Source: Candidatus Iainarchaeum sp. (GTDB taxonomy: Archaea > Iainarchaeota > Iainarchaeia > Iainarchaeales > 0-14-0-20-30-16). From it: a DNA stretch of 32,000 nt. The DNA is taken from positions 1 to 32,000 of the forward strand of contig JAQTTP010000004.1 in NCBI GenBank assembly GCA_028710695.1. The letters are read 5' to 3'. Shown here one piece after another: positions 15,800 to 22,323 of this stretch. The stretch's first letter is position 1. Each line of letters starts with the position of its first letter. A program made the translations under genes and the position numbers. Under the pieces are notes generated by a model, which was not told the DNA's origin, made no database searches, and was given only the letters and a program-made list of their open reading frames with translations.

Positions 15800-16684
15800 A
15801 TGGGTGCCTTAAACGTTTTACGAATAATTGGATTACTTTTGATTGGCTTTTTATTTCTTTTAGGCTTTGGTGTTTTCGGAATAAGCTATTATGCCGCAAA
15901 TAGTGCTTTTACTGACAATACTGCAAAAATGATAAGTGCGGACATTGTTTCTGTAATGCCTGCTCTGTTGGAAAGCCAAAGTGTTGGATTAGAAGGGTTA
16001 AACTTAGAAGTTAACGACCAACTTATGATTACTTTAAAACCAATGATCGAAAAAAATATGTCAGATATTTTCAGTTATATTCGTGGAGAATCTGACAAAA
16101 TTGGATTGGGTATTACTACTCAAGATGTAAAGGCCCTTGTAAAAAATGTAAAACTTCCTGAGGGTAGTAGTCAAGTTGAAATTTCTCAGATCCCAGATTC
16201 TATGTATAGCCAGATGACTGATGAAATGAATAAAGGCTTTGTTCAGTATGAGGCTGATTTAGTGCAAACTTTACAACCTGCGAGAGATGTTTACTCTTAT
16301 GCAAAACAGGCATTTTATATTTCACTAATTGTTTTGATTGTTTTAATGTTAATAACACTTTTGATAAACTTTAGCTTTTATAGAACTTTGTTTTGGCTTG
16401 CCTTGTATTTCCTGATAAATGCTGGTGTTTGGATATTGCTTACACTTGGGTTATATGGTGTATATTCCACTGCAATTTCACAGCTTTTTGTAGGTCAAGG
16501 AGAAGTATTAAGTGAGTTTTTCTCTAATTTAATATCCTGGATTTTGTTTAAATTCTTGATAATTTACATTATACTATTTGCAATTGGGGTTGTATTCTTG
16601 GTTGCATTTATAATTTGGAAAATAATGCGGAAGAAGAAAGATGTAACAATCAAAGCAGAGACGGTAGAAGCTAAGAAAAAGTAG
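15800..16684 (+). CDS. Hypothetical polytopic membrane protein (294 aa)
   Basis: An N-terminal TM, a ~140-aa soluble loop, then 4-5 C-terminal TM helices and a Lys-rich tail. First gene of a tightly spaced three-gene plus-strand set. Confidence 0.6.
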   Translation: MGALNVLRIIGLLLIGFLFLLGFGVFGISYYAANSAFTDNTAKMISADIVSVMPALLESQSVGLEGLNLEVNDQLMITLKPMIEKNMSDIFSYIRGESDKIGLGITTQDVKALVKNVKLPEGSSQVEISQIPDSMYSQMTDEMNKGFVQYEADLVQTLQPARDVYSYAKQAFYISLIVLIVLMLITLLINFSFYRTLFWLALYFLINAGVWILLTLGLYGVYSTAISQLFVGQGEVLSEFFSNLISWILFKFLIIYIILFAIGVVFLVAFIIWKIMRKKKDVTIKAETVEAKKK

Positions 16685-16697
16685 GGGTTGAATTTAT

Positions 16698-17234
16698 ATG
16701 GGATTATATGATGAGGATTATATGCCTGAAAAGGATGAAGAAGAAGTAATAGAACCAAAAATAAAAAAGGGGAAAGGAAAGATACCTGGACCTAAAAAAT
16801 TTGATTTTAACTTTTCAGGAAATATGAGAACTTATTTGATAATTGTGCTTATTGCTTTGGTTGTTATTGTTGGATTTTATGCAATATACCTTTATGCTCA
16901 GCCAAGCTTTGCTGATGTTGAATTTAAGGATAACCCATTAGTTTTAAGTGAAGCAACAAGTACTAAACTTTACGTTACTATTGCAAATAGTGAAGAAGAA
17001 GCAATGAAAAATCTTGTTGTTACTGTAAAACCATATGATAACTTGTCTTTAGTGGTAATACCTTCAGAATCTCAAGAGATATATGTGCTTGGACCTGATG
17101 AGAAGAGAATATTAGAATACGATGTTTCCGTAGTTGGAACTGTACTGAATGGAGATTATTCTGTTGAGGTAAAAGTAAAGAATTCTAAGACTGAATATGT
17201 GACTTATGAGACCGTAACAATATCTCAAGAATAG
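16698..17234 (+). CDS. Hypothetical single-pass membrane protein with beta-sandwich-like ectodomain (178 aa)
   Basis: An acidic/basic N-terminus is followed by the TM YLIIVLIALVVIVGFYAIYLY. The ectodomain is alternating beta-strand-like (KLYVTIANS...NLVVTVKP...EYDVSVVG...YSVEVKVKN), reminiscent of CARDB/NEW3-type folds (inference only). Confidence 0.55.
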   Translation: MGLYDEDYMPEKDEEEVIEPKIKKGKGKIPGPKKFDFNFSGNMRTYLIIVLIALVVIVGFYAIYLYAQPSFADVEFKDNPLVLSEATSTKLYVTIANSEEEAMKNLVVTVKPYDNLSLVVIPSESQEIYVLGPDEKRILEYDVSVVGTVLNGDYSVEVKVKNSKTEYVTYETVTISQE

Positions 17235-17257
17235 TTTGAGATTAATTAGGTGTATTT

Positions 17258-17689
17258 ATGGATTTGGAAGAGAAAGAACAGAGGTATAGGTTTTTGTATT
17301 CGAAAGTTGACAATGAACTTAACAAGATAAAAGGCCTTAAAGACAAAATGGAAGAAAAGAAAACAGATGTCTATAAACTTGCTGGAAATAAGCAAGTTGA
17401 TTTTTCTCTTCATTTTGGAGATAACTCTGAAGATCTTTACTCTGGAGTAAATAGTTATATTGGCGATCTTGAGAACCTGAAACATTATTTATCTTTAGAA
17501 CTTGAAAAGATTGTTAAGCAGATAGATCTTAAGAACTCTTTAGTAAAGAAATACGGGAAGTCAATAACTGTATCTGGGGATGAAACTCCAGTTGTAACTT
17601 TTAATGATGATGAAGTTTCTGAGATAGAAAGTAAGTATACAGTTAGTAAAAAGTTAATTGACGACTTGAAGAGTAAAATGAAAGAATAG
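17258..17689 (+). CDS. Hypothetical coiled-coil protein (143 aa)
   Basis: Heptad-rich, charged sequence with no TM. Its start lies 24 nt after the preceding stop and it is the third gene of the set. Confidence 0.5.
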   Translation: MDLEEKEQRYRFLYSKVDNELNKIKGLKDKMEEKKTDVYKLAGNKQVDFSLHFGDNSEDLYSGVNSYIGDLENLKHYLSLELEKIVKQIDLKNSLVKKYGKSITVSGDETPVVTFNDDEVSEIESKYTVSKKLIDDLKSKMKE

Positions 17690-17717
17690 ATCCTCTTAAA
17701 GCTAAGTTTTTATTTGC

Positions 17718-18605
17718 TTACTTATATTCTACAAGCTTTTTGTGCATTTCAAGTATATTATCAACAGATTTTTTTAACTCTGTAACAGATTCTACAAAAA
17801 GTGATTTTTCAATATCATTTGGGTTTATATCTGCAATTCCTAAGATCTTGCCTTGTTTTACTTCAAAAGGCAAAGATATTGAAATGTCTTTTGCTCCAAA
17901 TGCCTCTTTTATATAGTGTGAAACATGAACAACTTCTTTTTTGTCAGAAACTAACTTTTCGAAAAACTCTCTAAAACTTATTCCGGCAACTTTGTGTGGG
18001 ATACCATTTTCACGAATGAAATCAAGTAATTCGTCATCTATTTGTTTTTGTATGACTAAGTATTCGGCTTTAGTCTTTAAATTAAGTAATGGTATCGCTT
18101 TTCCGTGGGAACCAATACAAAATACTTTGTGTTTTAATTTTTTTTCAAATCTTTTCGCATCAAGTTCTAATCCAAAACCAAGAATACAATGCTTTCCCAA
18201 CATTATTCGCAGATAATTAGTTATTTCGTCAACTGGGTTTGTTACTAGTATTATTGGAGTTTTTTCAGGGATTTTTTTAAGATCTGCTATTAATTGTGTT
18301 ATTGCCCCAATATTAAATTTCAATTCATCTTGTCTTACTTCATAGGTAGAACGACTATTTTGCATACTTTCTTTTCTTGCACTGTCACTCATTCCAGAAA
18401 GAGTAATAATGACATAATCTACATCGTCTAAATGTTTAATGTTGTTTACTGGCTTTATTTTTTTGTTGTCAAAATCATAAGCCAAAGATTCAGAACTTTT
18501 TGTGGTTCTACTATAAATGAAAATATTCTGGACAGGTTTGAAATCTAATAAGTTTCCCACTATGGTTCGGCCAGTTCGGCCACAACCAATGAGTAAAATA
18601 TTCAT
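17718..18605 (-). CDS. mdh: Lactate/malate dehydrogenase family NAD(P)-dependent oxidoreductase
   Basis: MNILLIGCGRTGRTIV (Rossmann G-x-G-x-x-G), ILVTNPVDEITNYL and IGSHGKAIPLL. I moved the start to the internal ATG at 18605. The upstream 26 codons in the track run into the promoter and terminator region. Confidence 0.8.
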   Translation of the reverse strand: MNILLIGCGRTGRTIVGNLLDFKPVQNIFIYSRTTKSSESLAYDFDNKKIKPVNNIKHLDDVDYVIITLSGMSDSARKESMQNSRSTYEVRQDELKFNIGAITQLIADLKKIPEKTPIILVTNPVDEITNYLRIMLGKHCILGFGLELDAKRFEKKLKHKVFCIGSHGKAIPLLNLKTKAEYLVIQKQIDDELLDFIRENGIPHKVAGISFREFFEKLVSDKKEVVHVSHYIKEAFGAKDISISLPFEVKQGKILGIADINPNDIEKSLFVESVTELKKSVDNILEMHKKLVEYK

Positions 18606-18691
18606 AATTGAATTTATATTACCCCTTAGTTTATTAATATATTCTTTTTTTTTAAAACTGACTAAAGTATAGTTCCGCACCACCTTGTGTC

Positions 18692-18719
18692 AAAAAAGCA
18701 TTTTGCTTTTTGCAAAATG
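18692..18719 (-). terminator. Hairpin plus T6 tract downstream of tRNA-Ile (putative terminator)
   Basis: An 8-bp stem (18699-18706 / 18712-19) with a 5-nt loop. On the minus strand it is followed by CTTTTTTG (complement of 18691-18698). Confidence 0.45.
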
Positions 18720-18804
18720 TTTCAGGACCTGAAGCGGTTTGTTTACAAACCGGCTTCTTGTAGTGCACTTTTGGCGAACTTAGCCTTTTTGTAAAAGGCT
18801 AGAA

Positions 18805-18878
18805 TGGGAATGCCCGGATTTGAACCGGGGACCTTCCGATTATCAGTCGGATGCTCCACCAGGCTAAGCTACACTCCC
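18805..18878 (-). tRNA. tRNA-Ile (anticodon GAU), intron-less, no encoded CCA
   Basis: Hand-folded minus-strand sequence: GGGAGTG TA GCTT AGCCTGGTG GAGC A TCCGA CTGATAA TCGGA AGGTC CCCGG TTCAAAT CCGGG CATTCCC A. The acceptor stem is 7 bp (one G-U), the D stem 4 bp, the anticodon stem 5 bp and the T stem 5 bp, with a canonical T-loop. Confidence 0.93.
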
Positions 18879-18879
18879 T

Positions 18880-18949
18880 CTGCCCTTTTTCTTTTGCGAA
18901 AGAAAAAGTGTAAGTTGCCCAAAAAGAAAGGCGCTTCGCAGTTATAAAC
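18880..18949 (-). repeat. Copy A of the ~70-nt stable-RNA-associated element (TATA-like box plus hairpin leader) immediately 5' of tRNA-Ile
   Basis: Minus-strand reading: gtttataact|gcgaagcgcctttctttttgggcaacttacactttttctttcgcaaaagaaaaagggcag, then a, then tRNA +1. The 60-nt core matches 22163-22222 at 58/60 (counted by hand). It contains a 10-bp hairpin CTTTTTCTTT/AAAGAAAAAG. Confidence 0.85.
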
Positions 18950-19111
18950 AGATAGATATGTTTTAGTGCAATTTGTTTTTAAACATTATCTTTTAAATTT
19001 GTGTTTTTTAAGCTGATGGTAGTTAACTTTAAAAAATATCCTATGTTATATAATCTGGTTTTTTAAACAATATGTCTTAAGAATATATTAATACCTTATG
19101 GTTGTGGTGTA

Positions 19112-20020
19112 ATGGGGAAAAAAATACTTCTTGTTGGTGTTGGCTCTATTGGAACTTATCTTGCTTTAAAATTGTCTGCTGGCGGAAATGATGTTACTGT
19201 TTTGCGAAGTAGTAAGCTTAATGGCATAAAAACAGGAGATTCTATAAAAATAAATGGGGCGCCTTTTGTAGTTCCTAATCTTGTTGATGAATTAAAAGAT
19301 AAAGATCCAACTTTTTATGATTATATATTTTTAACTTGTAAAATGTATGATATTAGAAATTTGCTTAAAGAAATTATACAAAAAGGTCTAAAATTTGGAA
19401 CTTTAATATCTATACAGAACTCTTTGTTTGAGGATATGTGGTATTTTGATTACATTAAAGATAAGCCTTTTGTTATTGTGTCTGTTTACGAAGGATTCTT
19501 TTTGGATGGTAGGGACATAAAAAAATCTGATTACAAAGGTTGGTTCGTTGAAGATGATATGCTTGGAAGAGATATTCATAAACTCCTTTTGGGGTCAGAT
19601 ATTGCTGTTTCGCTAGTTTCTGATATAAGAAAGTTGAGGGCGGAAAAAACAGTAATTAACTGTGCTTTGAATGCAATATCTGCGATAGAAGACAAAACCT
19701 TTGCAGAGATGATTGCTAATAGAAAGATTAAACAAGAAATGAAAACTATATTTGACGAAAGCTATGATATTCTTTCAGAATTAGTAAAAATGAAAGCTAA
19801 AAGAATGTTGTGGCAAGAACTGCTTGACCGTGCAAAAGAAATGAAACATTATTCAAGCACCTGGCAAGATGTTAAACAAAACAGGAAAACAGAGATTGCA
19901 TTTTTGAATGGGTATGTGGTAAGTTTATCAAGAAGATTGGGTAAACCTGCGTCCTATAATCAAATAATAATGGATAAGTTTAGGGCAAAGTATCCTGGTT
20001 TGTATTACGTTCAGTTATAA
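19112..20020 (+). CDS. 2-dehydropantoate 2-reductase family (PanE/ApbA-like) oxidoreductase
   Basis: N-terminal Rossmann KILLVGVGSIGTYLALKL. C-terminal signature SSTWQDVKQNRKTEIAFLNGYVV matches the S-x-x-QD...TE-x-x-x-NG pattern. Confidence 0.75.
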   Translation: MGKKILLVGVGSIGTYLALKLSAGGNDVTVLRSSKLNGIKTGDSIKINGAPFVVPNLVDELKDKDPTFYDYIFLTCKMYDIRNLLKEIIQKGLKFGTLISIQNSLFEDMWYFDYIKDKPFVIVSVYEGFFLDGRDIKKSDYKGWFVEDDMLGRDIHKLLLGSDIAVSLVSDIRKLRAEKTVINCALNAISAIEDKTFAEMIANRKIKQEMKTIFDESYDILSELVKMKAKRMLWQELLDRAKEMKHYSSTWQDVKQNRKTEIAFLNGYVVSLSRRLGKPASYNQIIMDKFRAKYPGLYYVQL

Positions 20021-20030
20021 AAAAGGAAAA

Positions 20031-20519
20031 TTATTTTTTCTTTCCCTTTTTTTGGATTTTTTTCATCTTTACTTTTATCAGTATCCCTAACTCAACAAAT
20101 ATTATTATTCCCAAGATTAATGCAATTATTGAATCAGAGTTGTAGAATGCAATGTTTGCAATTATACTGCTTAGTAGAGCACCATAAAATAACCCGTTTA
20201 TGAAAATATCCATTGTTAGGAATATTACTCCTACAAGAATTACTATTGTTATGATGTTTATTAACAAAAGTTTATTCTTTTCCTTAGCTTCTCTTGCTGT
20301 TTGGTAATCTTTATAGCAGGCATCCATTTCTGCTTGTTGTGGAGAGAATCCGTTTATGTCATAAACTGGTTTTACCTTACTATAACAATCGTCATAATCA
20401 TTTGTTTTAAAGAAAATATTTGATGCATAAAACACCAAAGAGGTAAATAGTATTGCGATTAAGCCAATAAAAATGAATTCTTTTACTTTATTAATGTCTA
20501 CTGTCATGTCTGACCACAT
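20031..20519 (-). CDS. Hypothetical membrane protein (162 aa)
   Basis: One N-terminal TM, a Cys/Asp/Tyr-containing loop, three C-terminal TMs and a KKIQKKGKKK tail. Confidence 0.55.
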   Translation of the reverse strand: MWSDMTVDINKVKEFIFIGLIAILFTSLVFYASNIFFKTNDYDDCYSKVKPVYDINGFSPQQAEMDACYKDYQTAREAKEKNKLLLINIITIVILVGVIFLTMDIFINGLFYGALLSSIIANIAFYNSDSIIALILGIIIFVELGILIKVKMKKIQKKGKKK

Positions 20520-20567
20520 ATCATAAAAGACTTGTAGTATTATATATGTTTTTAATTTATATCTTAC

Positions 20568-21200
20568 ATGAATAGGGTAATTAAAACACTGATGCTTTCA
20601 GACATCTTTATACTAACTGGGTTTGGGTTAATAGACCCAATAATGGCTATTTTCTTTAAAGAATACTTAATTGGTGGAACAGTAATTGCTGCAGGAATTG
20701 CTTGGGCTATATTTTTAACAACAAAAAGCATAGTGCAAGTACCATTCTCTAAGTATGTTGACAAACATATGAAAAGTATGGGCTGGTTGATATTTGGTAC
20801 CTTTATGATTGCGCTGGTGCCATTTATCTATATTTTCTCAACCCATATTTGGCATATATATGTGGCTCAGTTTATTCATGGAATCGGGTCAGCAATAGCA
20901 TATTCTACTTGGCTTGGTATCTGGAGCAGGAACTTAGATAAGAACCAAGAAAGCTTTGAGTGGAGCCTATATTCTACTGTTTCTGGGATTGGAACTGCAA
21001 TAACGGCATTTTGTGGTGCTTTAATTGCTCAATATGTTGGCTTTACCTATACCTTTATCATGGTTGGGGCGTTATCATTGCTTGGGTGTGTAGTTTTAAT
21101 GTTTGCAGAATATAAATCTGAAGAGATATACAAGCTTAATTTGAGGAACTATCATAAAAAGCTTCAGAAACGGCATTTATTTGGAAAAGGAATATTATAA
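20568..21200 (+). CDS. Half-size (6-TM) MFS-like membrane protein
   Basis: About six predicted TM helices. The loop FSKYVDKHMKSMGWL resembles MFS motif A. There is no room for a second 6-TM half on either side. Confidence 0.55.
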   Translation: MNRVIKTLMLSDIFILTGFGLIDPIMAIFFKEYLIGGTVIAAGIAWAIFLTTKSIVQVPFSKYVDKHMKSMGWLIFGTFMIALVPFIYIFSTHIWHIYVAQFIHGIGSAIAYSTWLGIWSRNLDKNQESFEWSLYSTVSGIGTAITAFCGALIAQYVGFTYTFIMVGALSLLGCVVLMFAEYKSEEIYKLNLRNYHKKLQKRHLFGKGIL

Positions 21201-21253
21201 CTGTGGCATTCATGTCACTCTTTTCTTTTGAAAACAGACCCCTGCGGTCTGCA

Positions 21254-21309
21254 TTCTTTCTTTTTGGAAGACTGTAGCTTTTTCCTTTCTTTTTAAGAAA
21301 GAAAAAGCT
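21254..21309 (+). repeat. Copy C (diverged) of the hairpin element, abutting and overlapping the 3' end of the RNase P RNA on the opposite strand
   Basis: ttctttctttttggaagactgtagctttttcctttctttttaagaaagaaaaagct shares the ordered blocks tttctttttgg / ctttttc(c)tttc / gaaagaaaaag with copies A and B. Hairpin arms are 21276-21289 and 21297-21309. The blocks are low-complexity, so homology is only moderately supported. Confidence 0.4.
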
Positions 21310-21539
21310 TAGTAGTAGGGCGTAGGCCACCTTCTGTTTTTAGCTAGCATTAATCTAAGCGCGTTTGCTTGCATCCGTGAAGCAAAACCATCTTTCAGCC
21401 TGATGCAGAAACCTCAATTTTCTATCATAGTAATTCTGCAGGGTGTATTTCTGTTGGTTGTGTCATCCTTCTCAGGATTTTTCTCACATAATGGATGGGC
21501 GGACCTTCCTCCTTGCGGGAGCTAGCCACCTACTACTAA
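21309..21539 (-). ncRNA. rnpB: RNase P RNA, compact form (~231 nt)
   Basis: The minus strand starts UUAGUAGUAGG UGGCUAGC UCC-CGCAA-GGAG GAAGGUCCGCCC... and ends ...GCUAGCUA AAAACAGAAGGUGGCCUACG CCUACUACUAA. P1 is 11 bp between the termini, P2 is 8 bp (UGGCUAGC/GCUAGCUA) and P3 is a small hairpin. The CR-I-like GAGGAAGGUCCGCC and the ACAGAA-GGUGGCCUA block pair as P4 (AGG[U]CCGCC / GGUGGCCU) with the universally conserved bulged U. An A-U to G-C covariation relative to the E. coli P4 is visible. A GGCUGAAAGAUGG J11/12-like block is present. TTATAATA lies ~28-32 nt upstream of the 5' end. Confidence 0.75.
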
Positions 21540-21609
21540 TAGATTTATAAACTGAATAAGAATATATTATAATAGCTAATAATTCATATTACTAGTTTTA
21601 GGTGATTTA

Positions 21610-21993
21610 ATGGATGCAAAATTTTATAATGTTAAGGCAGAAGCAAAGGAACTTGTAATTAGTTTAGAAGAGAACGACCCAATATTAATTTCAATTAAGG
21701 ATGCACTAAAGGAAAATAATGTCTTTACTGCAGAATTGATAAGTATGAAGGGAAATATCAAGAATTTTAAAGTAAATTACTTCGAGAAATCATCTCTAAA
21801 AACTATTTCTATATTTGATTCTTGTGAAGTAGTTAAATGTAGCGGAGAATTCAAATACGACTTGGGTCCAGACAAGCTTTTTGGAAGAGCAAGAATAAAC
21901 TATAGGCACAAGGATAAAGTATTTGATGGAATCCTAAACTCTGGATTTGCTTGTGATGGCTTAGAGATCACTCTTAGATTCTATGAACTGTAA
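21610..21993 (+). CDS. Small PPC/DUF296-like domain protein (127 aa)
   Basis: The pattern ...ELISMKGNIKNFKVNYF...EVVKCSGEF...LFGRARINY...VFDGILNSGFACDGLEITLRF resembles the PPC (plants-and-prokaryotes-conserved) beta-sheet domain. This is a weak, by-eye assignment. Confidence 0.4.
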   Translation: MDAKFYNVKAEAKELVISLEENDPILISIKDALKENNVFTAELISMKGNIKNFKVNYFEKSSLKTISIFDSCEVVKCSGEFKYDLGPDKLFGRARINYRHKDKVFDGILNSGFACDGLEITLRFYEL

Positions 21994-22025
21994 CCTTTAT
22001 TTTTGCCTTTAGATAGTGAGGCAGG

Positions 22026-22033
22026 TTTATAAA
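22026..22033 (+). promoter_or_regulatory. TATA box (TTTATAAA) of tRNA-Tyr
   Basis: AGGTTTATAAAG is centred ~33 nt upstream of tRNA +1. The same GTTTATWA core recurs upstream of tRNA-Ile, upstream of the RNase P RNA and inside the tRNA-Tyr intron. Confidence 0.4.
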
Positions 22034-22062
22034 GATTTCAGTGAATATATGATTATATTAAT

Positions 22063-22260
22063 CCCGCCTTAGCATAGTGGCTAATGCGTTCGGCTGTAGA
22101 CGACATAGTGAGTATACTCACAGAAAGAGCGCATAACACAATTTAAGGTTTATTACTCCTACGCGAAGCGCCTTTCTTTTTGGGCAGCTTACACTTTTTC
22201 TTTCGCGAAAGAAAAAGGGCAGTAACCGAAAGATCCTTGGTTCAAGTCCGAGAGGCGGGA
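22063..22260 (+). tRNA. tRNA-Tyr (anticodon GUA) with a 125-nt intron at the canonical 37/38 position (intron 22100-22224)
   Basis: Exon 1: CCCGCCT TA GCAT AGTGGCTA ATGC G TTCGG CTGTAG. Exon 2: A CCGAA AGATC CTTGG TTCAAGT CCGAG AGGCGGG A. The C1-G72 pair (archaeal/eukaryal Tyr identity) and a short variable loop are present. In the BHB-like fold, C32-U35 (CUGU) pairs with intron GCAG (22219-22222), flanked by 3-nt bulges AGA and UAA. The outer helix is weak, so the motif is relaxed hBH. Confidence 0.9.
22148..22222 (+). repeat. Copy B of the element, forming the 3' 60 percent of the tRNA-Tyr intron
   Basis: gtttattact cctac gcgaagcgcctttctttttgggcagcttacactttttctttcgcgaaagaaaaagggcag. The 60-nt core (22163-22222) is 58/60 identical to the reverse complement of 18880-18939. 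The upstream gtttatWact box is also shared, with a 5-nt indel. It contains the perfect 24-nt palindrome ctttttctttcgcgaaagaaaaag. Confidence 0.85.
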
Positions 22261-22261
22261 T
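22250..22261 (+). repeat. attL candidate: GAGAGGCGGGAT (3' end of tRNA-Tyr)
   Basis: This exact 12-mer recurs at 28654-28665 in direct orientation. It is GC-rich in an AT-rich context and lies next to the integrase gene. Confidence 0.5.
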
Positions 22262-22323
22262 AAAGGAACGGGTTTAATCCCGTTCCACAAATATTTATAA
22301 TTTTTTCGGTCCTAGTTCTTACA

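Noticed and set aside
21136-21330. 64-aa minus-strand ORF spanning the MFS 3' end, hairpin copy C and the RNase P 3' end
   Set aside because: It overlaps a structured-RNA terminus and a palindromic repeat. Its Lys/Phe-rich product derives from the poly-purine/pyrimidine hairpin arms, so it is judged non-coding.
21545-21552. TTTATAAA immediately upstream of the RNase P RNA as its TATA box
   Set aside because: It is only ~6-13 nt from the 5' strand of P1, too close for an archaeal TATA (usually centred near -26). The TTATAATA box ~28-32 nt upstream fits better. The proximal box may be coincidental in AT-rich DNA.
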